Source: Eledone cirrhosa (lineage: Eukaryota). From it: DNA of 64,000 nucleotides. Every line of letters begins with the position of its first letter. Position 1 is the stretch's first letter. The notes beneath the pieces are model-generated. The model ran no database searches, had not been told where the DNA came from, and was given only the letters and a program-made list of their open reading frames with translations. Positions 54,091 through 64,000 of the stretch are shown here, piece by piece. Location: positions 9,610,001 through 9,674,000 of the forward strand of contig OZ024746.1 of NCBI GenBank assembly GCA_964016885.1, written 5' to 3'. A program made the translations under genes and the position numbers.

Positions 54091-55049
54091 CTAATAAAGA
54101 TCAAATTATATATCCATGCATCATATTGCTTAGTTCTATTTTTAATTAATTAGGATTCTTGTATATCAACTCTATCTTTTGATTATGAGTTGTTATGTTG
54201 TGTCCACACACAGGCCAGAATGACTGATTGATTAAGAAGTCTACTTCACTATCCAATATTCTGAATTTGATTACACTCTGTGACACCATCAACAAAAGTG
54301 TCTTTTATTATAGCCTCAAGTCAACCCAAGCCATGTAAGTGAAATTGGAAAGATGATATTTCTACTGCCTCTGTCACACAATGGCATGATATTTCTAAGG
54401 CCTGTCAGATGGATTGTTCAGCTATGTAGGGTGTCATACGGATTCTGTCTAAGGGTTATACTAAGGGTACATGTGTCTGTGGAATACTCAGCCACTTACA
54501 TGCTACTTCAATAAGTAGGTAGTTCAGTAGATTGAACAACTGGCATACCAATTGTCAAAACCAACAAAGATCCACTTACTTTATGTAAACATTGTTTAAT
54601 GATCACCTTTTCCTGATACAGGTATAGTCTTGATTAATTAAAGTTATTCTGCTTGTCCCATTAAATGTGTTAGCACTTACTTCTCTATTCAATATATTTA
54701 TTTGAGTTGTCATTCTAGCTATTCTTACTCACACCTTTATTGGTACACACAGAAAGTGTCCTATCATTTAGGACTTGAATATGTAATCAATATTCTAAAG
54801 ACAGAAGGGAGTTAACTGAGGCTATTTGGTTGTTAAAATAAGTACATTAAGTAATTATACAAACTCTTTTATTGCTTTTGATGTGACTGTTCCATATAGT
54901 CTATGTAGAAGAACAGCATTGCTTTAAGCTCTACTTGTGTTATGACGATATAGAAAGAGAGAGTGAGAGAGAGAAAAAATAATGAAAGGAATGAGTAAAA
55001 GATTTCTGTTTCAAAACATTCGTATTCATCTCACAATTTTACAAATACA

Positions 55050-55870
55050 TCAGAGCTTCTTCTATTTCTGTAATATGGTATGGCTTTTCTGCTTTCTTTG
55101 CCATACCATATGATATTTCTACTGCCTCTGTCACACAATGGCATGATATTTCTAAGTTTTATTATCATATGGCACTTTCTAAATGTACAGTAGTGTTCTG
55201 CTTTATCTATCATATGATATACCTTTGCTTTAAATGCAATAAACTGTAACACATTTTTTCTATGCTCTATACAACAAAACACTTCTATTATCTCTACTGC
55301 CATGCAATATAGCACTTTTGTTGTCTCTACCATACTGTTTAATACATCTCTTGTTTGTCTGCCAAATAGTGTAACACATTTATTACCATTGACCTACAGT
55401 AATACTTCTATTGCCTCTGTCGTACATTAATTCACTTCTGTTGTCTCTATCATACAGTGTAACACTTCTTTTATCTTCACTATACACGTCTCTAATCTCT
55501 GCTGCCATATAGTGTAACACTTCTATTGTTACTGTCAAACACTATGTCACTTCTATTGTAATTTGTGTAACACTTCTCATGTTCCTTCCATATAGTGTAA
55601 CACTTCTATTGTTACTGTCAAACACTATGTCACTTCTATTGTAATTTGTGTAACACTTCTCATGTTCCTTCCATACACTGTTACCCTTCTATTTTCTCTA
55701 TCTTACCGTATCATTCTTCTGCTGGCTGCCATACATTATACCACTTCTATTGTCTCTGTCATGCAGTATATCACCCCTATTGTCTATGTAATATAGTGTA
55801 ACATGTCTACTGTCACTGCTATACTGTGTAATACTTTGTTCCTGCTCTTCAGTATAACCATTCTATTGCA
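55050..55870. repeat. Degenerate ~30-32 bp minisatellite
   Basis: Recurrent CATATAGTGTAACACTTCTATTGT(C/T)(T/A)CTG units, including an exact duplication with an 83-bp period (55505-55675). Confidence 0.8.
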
Positions 55871-56439
55871 ACACAGCATTTTCTGCTAGTTTAAGAATTT
55901 GAAATATGCTCCATTCAGATTACTTTCTCATTTCATATCTAGAAGGAATTCCTTTGACATAATTTGGATACAAATTCTCCAAAGTATTCTTATTTACTAT
56001 GGGTCATAACACCCAGATTTGGCAATCATTCTGCAATTTTAGTTGACATAATTAAATCCAACAGTTTGACAAATATAAAGAAATCTGAATGGATTAAAGC
56101 ATTCTATTGTTAGAGTTCCTAGTAGTTGTGTGCATTGCATCTTGTACAAATAATTATATATGTAATTATAAATAAAAATAAGTAGCTATAGTAAATATAT
56201 GCTATTATATCAGTTCCCCTTCCCATCAAATAAATTTAAAATAGAAAGATAGTATCACTAGATTTACACATAAGTCATTATTATTTTTGTTGTTTTATTA
56301 GCATTGATTAAATGAATCTGTTTTTAATGATCTCAGAAATCAAACTTATTGGAAAATGTATCAGTAAGATGGTCAAATCAAATACTAATAAAAGGGGGGG
56401 ACTTCAAATAAGAAACAAATCAAGCTATAGGTGTTAGGT

Positions 56440-57560
56440 ACATCATGCCACTCCCATCCCAGTTTAACACCCTCAAACACTGCATTCCTGAGTTAACTCC
56501 GATACTTATCAAGCCCTTCAATACCTCAATATCTCACTCTTGTTAACAACTGCCTATACAACTTTGTTAAAGCTAGATATCCCATTGGCCTACATTCCTG
56601 TCACTTAATAGTAAACTCTCATATGCTAGAAATTTGCTTTGTTGCCCTCAACATCAGCAAAGGATTCAACCATATCTGGCATGTGAATCTCTTAGCTAAA
56701 TTTTTATTCAATGGACATCTTTCATCTTTTTGATCAGTGACTTTCTTTCAGATTGCACTATCAGATTATATTGATAGAGCTCTGTCTGATCCACACTGTA
56801 TCAACTCTGGCATGTCTTGTGACTTAGTTTTATTACTCATACTTTTCCCCCTTTACATCAATGATCTACTTGCTGTCACCTCCAATAACAGCCACCTCTA
56901 TACAGACAACAGTCCCCCATCATTACTTCCTATCTGTCAATATGCACATATTAACTATATACAACCTAAAAACTGCATACTAATTTTTCGCTATGAACAA
57001 AGACCTCCAAAACATTCTTCCCTATGACCGTTTCACATACTAGTCCTTGTATCACTGAAGATCCTTCCTGTGAAGACCTCCAAAACATTCTTCCCTATGA
57101 CCGTTTCAAATACTAGTCCTTGTATCACTGAAGATCCTTCCTGTGAAGTACACATCCTTAATATAGAAAGGACTGTATCTCAACAGTTAGTATTCCTTTT
57201 CAGAGCCAGAAATTTCTAACACTCTGCAAAACTCAACTGAAATGTTGCTGCTACTCTACAGATGGACAACCTAGAGTGCATCCAGAGGGAAAACCACTGA
57301 GCTGATTGGTCTGAAGGCACTCACAAATATATTCTATTGGACATCCCCTTTCTACCTCTTTACAGCTATGGCAAGAACCTCTCCTCCTTAGATCTGGCTG
57401 ATCTTGTGCCACCTCCACTCAGGCACTCTGAACTCACTCATCTTTCCTCTGTCATCACTTATATTGTGTCTACTTCAGCCCTAGGTCCTACACTAACCAC
57501 TTCATTCTTTCCTTTCTTCCCAGGATGGGTTTCAAAGTAAGGGACTTACTGCAAAATCCA
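56440..57560 (+). mobile_element. Degraded LINE reverse transcriptase region (CR1/Jockey-group-like)
   Basis: VALNISKGFNHIWH (cf. DISKAFDRVWH), INSGMSCDLVL..LF.LYINDLL (cf. GVPQGSVL.P.LF..FINDL) and HLYTDNS (cf. YADD). Contains a 73-bp tandem duplication at 57000-57148. Confidence 0.75.
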
Positions 57561-58584
57561 AAAGAGACTCTATTGATTCCATATAAGTTCAGTTGGTACA
57601 TCAGGTTAGATTTGCCAAATAATATAATGAGTTAATCAGAAGATAGTATTACTTTTTACATTTAAGATTGTAAGAAAATCTTTCTAGGATAAGTGGATCT
57701 AACTCTAATGAGAAGATAGGGCTGTAATAAAACCTTCAAAATATAGAAGGAGAGATGCCAGATCTCCTTCCTCCTTAAAGGAAATATTACAAGCATTACT
57801 CAACTTGAATCATATTATGTGCCAGATTTACATCTAATGAAATTTTGAAATGCTTGTCTAAATTACACCTTATATGTTTCAATTATTATAACATCAAAGC
57901 TATAAACCATGGCTTGTGGGAGGAGCTATATTAAAATATGAAGCACAGAAGTAATCAAGCTCAATTCTAACTTTCAGATTAATATCATTTAATTAAATGT
58001 TAGAAAGGATCCACAAAAATACATTGAAAAAATAACACAAAGATATTCAGAAACCAGAATTATGATTGAGTTAGGATTAGTGTTCTTAAATAAGAAACAT
58101 AGTCATTGAAAAGCTATTTTTCATATTTAGATTATTATTAACATATTTAATGCAGGGAACATTGAAAATTTAACTAGAGATACTTAAGCATAATTAGAAG
58201 CTAAACTGAGCTCAGTTCATGACAATGGCATGAATTTTGAGAAATATGTTGGGAGGAATAAGGTACTAAATATCCTATGCAAAAACTGAATTGAAATTCT
58301 CCTCATAGTTGGAGAAAAAACACAAACCTTCAAGAAATCAAAAAATAATCTCTCAAATATAATTTTACATGTTTAGGGAAAGGATGACCTGATATTTACT
58401 TGTGGACAAGGAACTATTATGGACATGGATTTGTTAGGTTTCATTGGTGTAGTATAGTCTACTCAAGCATGTTGATCAGTTGATAAAGAACTTTACACAT
58501 GGGAAAAGAATTTTGAGCATTTTTTAATAACTAGGTATGTAGAGAAAAGAAATAAAGGTTTTTAGTGAATGATTAATAATATTA

Positions 58585-58997
58585 AGGGTGATGGATTGGC
58601 AATATCAGTAGTGTGTCGGACACCATGCTTTACAGCATAGTTACTGCCCTTTATTGTCTGAGTTCAAATGCCACCAAGGTTAACTTTGCCTTTCACCCTT
58701 ATGGGGGTTAAAGTATCAATAATGCACTGGGGTCGATTTAATCGACATTCCCCTCCTCTAAAACTGTTGGCCTTGTGCCTAAATCAGAAACCATTATTTT
58801 AATATTGAGAGTGGTGGATTGACACAATCGGTAGAGGGTCGGACGCCATGCTTTCCAGCATAGTTATGTCCCTTTACGATCTGAGTTCAAATCCCGCCGA
58901 GGTTGACTTTGCCTTTCATCCTTACGGGGTCGATAAAATAAAGTACCAGTAATGCACTGGGTAATTGCTGGCCTTGTGCCTAAAGTAGAAACAATTA
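58585..58997 (+). mobile_element. Two tandem S1 SINEs
   Basis: Copies at ~58585-58795 and ~58806-58997. The second is flanked by ATTATTTTAATATTGAGAG (58793-58811 and 58994-59012). Confidence 0.9.
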
Positions 58998-59357
58998 TTT
59001 TAATATTGAGAGAGAATTTGCTATAGAAATTGGGCTATTGTTGTCTTTCTATGAAGAGTTCTTCTGCATTATAAATCTTAAAAGCATCACATTGTTGATA
59101 CACACAACTTTCACTCTTTCTATTTTCAAAGTGAAAGAACATATAACTTTTTAAAAATTTATATAACATTATCTTAACAAGAATTTTTAATAAATACTTT
59201 TTTAAAATGTCGACAAACAATAAATTCTTAATTTTTGTTGTTTGAAAAATATCAATGATTATATATAAATTATAAATCTTAGATATTAATTTTAGATTTA
59301 AGTGTTTTAATTGCAACCACAAATCTATAACTTTCAATTTGTGTATATATATATGTA

Positions 59358-59542
59358 TAATATAGAAATAGCTTCTACAGGACTAGAACTGTTTCATTTG
59401 GGAGAAATCATCAGATTTTTTCTCCCAAATGAAACAGTTCTAGTCCTGTAGGAGCCATTTCTATATTAAATATTTATACTCTGCTATGAATTGAGTACCT
59501 TAATTACTGTGGTTACCCCCTGATTGCACCCAGGATAAACTT
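59358..59542. mobile_element. Fold-back element in (TA)n, truncated within its hammerhead
   Basis: Arms 59358-59407 and 59419-59468 with a ~74 bp tail. The minus strand reads CTGATGA-TTTCTCCCAAAT-GAAAC-AGTTCTA-GTC-CTGTAG, with the 5' strand of helix I missing. Confidence 0.7.
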
Positions 59543-59861
59543 TATATATATATATATATATAAAATTTATATATATATATATAAACTTTATATATATATA
59601 TACATATTCTATTAAATAACACTATCCTTGATATCCCAATAATTGTTAGACATTTAATGTAGAGTACTCAATGTTGTGAATGAGTTGTAAACATTTCATT
59701 GGCTCTTTTCCCTCTATGTGTGCAGTTATACATTTAAATAATTTCAATTAAGCTTATTTGTTATCCATTTCTTATCTGTTCCTTTCACCTGACCACAAAT
59801 ATTTGCATTGTCTCAACTACTATATATATTGACTGCATACTTAAAATTGTTTTTTACATAC

Positions 59862-60004
59862 TCTTCTTGGGAAATTGTATGAGACCACAAATTGAATGAC
59901 CACAAGCCACTAGCTGGTAGCTGAAGATGAAATGACAGCATGTGTCTAGTTGCTGCACGAATAGAGATGGTCTGAATCCTTGAAAGGTGAAACAAAGGTT
60001 TCCA
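59862..60004 (-). other. Candidate 143-nt exon
   Basis: ttcctttattttcag|TGGAAA...GAAGA|gtatgt. GC content is higher than the flanks and two frames are open. No recognisable homology. Confidence 0.45.
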
Positions 60005-61699
60005 CTGAAAATAAAGGAAATCAGAATTTGAAATGATATATATATATATATAATCCAACACTTGCTAGCATGGAGAATGAACATTAAATGGGAATGAATA
60101 TATTACACATGTACACACAAACATTCACCTTCAAGTATTTTTTATCATAAATTTCATTTCTAGTTATTTCCTTTAGATCATTATATTTCTAATTATGCAA
60201 ATTATACTGGCCAAAAATTATAAATCTATTTCAATATGTTAAAATCTATATCAACTGTTTAGACTATACAATACTGAAGAGATCTGAATAAAATATGTCC
60301 ATAGTTGCTCTTTGCCTGCAAACAAATATCGGATTCTTTCTCTGAAGTGTAAATAAGCTTCTAGAAATTAATTCTTAATTTCTTCAAATTATCTCCCCTT
60401 TCTTTTGAGAGTCACAAACAAAAACTGCTAGCATTGTGTTTTCTTTCTCCAGCTTAAGGGGAAATTTCAATTAATAATTTTGTGTGTATCATTTAGTACA
60501 TAATCCTGTAACATAATTATTGAAATTCATGTATTTGGTTCATTTGAATTATTTCCTTAGTCCAGTTTATTTTAAATTTATACATTAGATATAGATTATG
60601 AATTAATTTGGCAGAAATATTTATATTGGATTGGTTTTAGTTGTTGATCATTCACCTTCATTGTTCTTTTTTGTTCCATGTTTTAAAAACTAATAATAAT
60701 AAAAAGAGTTGCAGAGTATATTTTGACCAAGTAAGATTTTTGTTTATTAATCTTGATTTTACTTCTATTTTCCCTCTATCTCTTCTCAGTCTCTGTCTTT
60801 TTCTGAACTTCATACTAAATCTGTTACTGCCTATCTTAATTTAAATCATGCATGCCGCTTGCTTTTATAATAAACCAATATGGCAGATGTGTACAACAAG
60901 TGTGTAAACATAGAGGTGTCTGCTTTATTATACTATCTTATCAATATTCTAATATCCATCTCTTCATACTGGCATGGGTTGGTTGGAGATAATATTTTGT
61001 CATTTTCTCAGTTTACCATTTTTTCTCATATATTCCTTGATCTTACCATGGGTATCCTCAATTTATTTTATTTCAAATTTTATTTTACGGTGTTTGTCAG
61101 GTGGTAGGGGTTGTACTCATGACCATTGCAAAGGCCCTGGGACTGGTGTGATTGGTTCACTTGGTGATTATCTTGAACAGCTTGCACATTGATAATTTAC
61201 AGAAAAACATGGATCTGGAAGAAAATCCAGAGATCAAGGTTTTATAGTTACTTCTCTCTAATGCATCTCCCTTGTTGTTAGTGTGGTACCTTGGTGAGGA
61301 AACTCAGTGTGGGTAAGGAGCCTGTGTAGAGGTGCTACTCAATCAGGTGTTTCCAAGAAACAAAGACATTATGGTCATGGTAGGTTGGGGAGACAGCAGC
61401 TCGTCTGTTTGGCTAGTGATTCTATACAAAACAGCCAAGCATAATCATCTTTTAGATCTGGTCTATGAAGTTGCTGAATTTAGCAGCAGTACTGTCATAG
61501 ATGTGGGAGCTGTATTTCATTAAAGGACTCATTTGTAAAGAATATCACTTTTTGACTAAGATCTCCTGATCCACTCCCATCACATATTGATAGTTACACA
61601 GTTGACTCACCTGCAAACATTGGCTAAAGTATTTAATACTCACATGCTCTCTGAGTTCACTTGTGCTCTGCTTTCATTCAGGTTGAACACCATGCTTAC

Positions 61700-62300
61700 C
61701 ATATTTTTTCTTTCAAGGTTCCACAAATTCCCAACATCTAATGCCTATGCTTTCTATCATACAGCCTCACACTTCTAATGAAGCTTTCTATCATCTATGA
61801 CCATCCTCAAAGAGAACCGATTTATTGTCAATACAGGCTAACTATCAACTTAGTAAATTTCTTTCACTGCATCTATACTTTAGGATATATGTTGTTGTTG
61901 TTGCAAACAACAATTCACTTACATAATAGGAACTATCACCTAAATCTAAAGATCTCATGTATAAGGGACTTCTACTGATAACTATTATTCCATTACATCC
62001 ATCATACCAAAGTTTTTGTTCTCTATTAGCCTGACACTAGAGATCATATTTCATCATTTGTGTACATAACATTTCTACTAAACACACAGTATTGAGTTCT
62101 AATTATATTTGTAAGTTTGAAACTTATTCCAAAACACTTCAACTATATCTACAATGAGAGTTAAGGCTTCAACCTACAAAGCTTCCCTGAGACAACCATT
62201 CCTGCATCTGTATTATAGTTTCAAGAACTACAGTAAATAAATGTGAGCTGAGGACAAGCCTCTGATGGACACCTACCTGTACATAGAATTCTTTGTGTTT
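61700..62300 (-). mobile_element. Degraded RTE reverse transcriptase fragment
   Basis: The minus strand at ~62215-62292 encodes EFYVQVGVHQRLVLSSHLFTVVLE (cf. GVHQGSVLSPLLF). Confidence 0.6.
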
Positions 62301-63639
62301 GTTGCTAACTTTAAATTTTATAACAATAGTTGACTGTCTGACTATAAACTAGAGTAATCATCTACATAGTTGATCAATCTGTTAGAAATAGCAGTTAAAT
62401 CTCCCTCAACATCTTACATTAAAAAAAGGCAACAGACATTGGATAATGGAGTCAAGATGAGATATTCACAGCTAGGGTACCTTTGGTCATAGGCTCAGCT
62501 CAAACATGGTTGATCAGAGGTTAAACAAGAACAATGACAACCTGATTAAGCAAATAATTCAAGTAGTGGTTATCTAGCCTAACAAATTTAAAATCTTAGC
62601 AACTATTTCTGTTGGACTTGATACTTTTTCTACCTTTAAACCTTTAATATCCTTATTAAAATATACTGGAGTTGTTTTCTTACCTCAGTAGCTGACCCTT
62701 TGTTCGTTTTACTTAGGGGCTCTCTCACTATCTCAAAATTATTTTTTGGTTCTTTTCTTTCACTGTCATTATAATAAATTGCACCACTATCTTTAGGATA
62801 CAGATCACGCCAGTGATTTTGTGGCTCATGCAAATACACAGCTTTATAATTCAAAATAATTCACATGCTCGCAATTCAAAACAATAGCTTTTTCCTTGAC
62901 TAAATAAAACCTAACATCTTGCTTTCCACCAAGCTTCTTAATATTTCTCTTATGCTTTCTATGCCTCTAACTCTTATAGTTATTTCCTTCATTGTCATAC
63001 CCAGTCAAGTCACCCTCTACCTGGTTGGATTTCTGCTTTATCTTTAGAACTGATAAGAGGTTTGCAGCACGTTGTTCACTAAAGATTCATCATTTAATGC
63101 TGTTATAAGATTTGCCTAAACAAAAACAATCTTTATAACTTCTACACACTCTTTCTCTTACTTGTGTATTGCTTCTCAACCTTCCTCAGCCTCAGGACAA
63201 AGTTTCTAACCATTATAATCTCAAGCATCTGACATTTCATTTCTTGTTAAATACAGAATCAATCTTTCTTGCATGCCCCCTTGAGGGGTAGGCACCAGTT
63301 GGACAGATGGTTTTCTGAAATCTGTGTTGAAAATGGTAAGGTCATTTGCATTATATGACTTTGATAATTCTTAATTACTTGTGATACAGCCTCAAGCTAC
63401 TAAATTTTCTGTCCCAAATATAAATTTCAGGTATTTCCTGGATAAGACTGTTAAAATTACCATTTATAATGGCACTATCTCATGCATTAATTCTTGAGAT
63501 AGTCTGCTTATGGTAGTCTCATAGAATCAGTAATTTACCTAAACCAGTAATCCTCAAGGTAAGATATAAGTAAATATCCTAGTTGTTGTCACACTGACTT
63601 ATTATTTGAGCTACATCAGTCAAAGCAGCCTCTGTGTGT

Positions 63640-63992
63640 TTTCTTTATCTACTAGAAAGAATAGCAATCAGATCTCCCTCAAATCACATTCTACCATCTT
63701 TGAAAAAGTGAGGACACATTAAATAATGTAGTTCAAGTTATGATATTTCTAGAGAAAATGATGTGATGGTCATGATTGCAATGTCTTGAAGCATACGTCT
63801 GCATAATCAGAGCACAACTTCAATCAAGATAATGCCTGATAGCAATAGCAACGAAATTCTGTCACATTACAACCTACCATCTAAATAATGTGGTTCTGTA
63901 GTTCCAGGACATGGAAAAACGACAAGATTGCTATAGCTGGAATGCCTTTGGTCATAAGTCTCCTTGATCAGAGCTGACCTTCAGCTAAACAA
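63640..63992 (+). repeat. Old dispersed repeat family (probable SINE tail)
   Basis: TAGAAA.AGCAG.CAAATCTCCCTCAAATCAC...GGATAATGTAG...GGAATGCCTTTG.TCATAGG...GCTAAACAA. Diverged copies near 3220, 3900, 26870, 38330, 40000, 50370, 51160 and 62380. Confidence 0.65.
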
Positions 63993-64000
63993 AAGTAGCA

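Noticed and set aside
55050-55870. ~30-bp periodic repeats resembling a CRISPR array
   Set aside because: The units are contiguous and degenerate with no unique spacers, there are no cas genes, and the context is eukaryotic. It is a minisatellite.
63275-63300. Minus-strand PQGG motif suggesting a group II intron-type reverse transcriptase
   Set aside because: An isolated 4-residue match with no open frame or other RT motifs.

Overview
AT-rich, microsatellite-dense eukaryotic DNA (intronic or intergenic). The repeat families resemble those I associate with octopus/cephalopod genomes; this is inference and was not checked against a database. There is no intact, recognisable protein-coding gene, and almost all ORF-track entries are microsatellite translations or LINE debris. 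The window contains tRNA-derived SINEs (several with target-site duplications), fragments of RTE, CR1, R4/Dong-like and another LINE, piggyBac-like and hAT-like MITEs, a half tRNA-Leu(CAA), and several candidate small minus-strand exons. The main observation is about ten asymmetric fold-back (palindromic) insertions from several unrelated sequence families, mostly sitting in (TA)n tracts. Most carry a minimal type I hammerhead ribozyme motif (helix I, CUGANGA, helix II, GAAA, short palindromic helix III, UH), and in three elements it occurs on both strands. This matches the known signature of Penelope-like retroelement termini. Three copies of one family share the same short-arm endpoint and 3' tail but have different fold-back centres. 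All coordinates and base pairings were read by eye.
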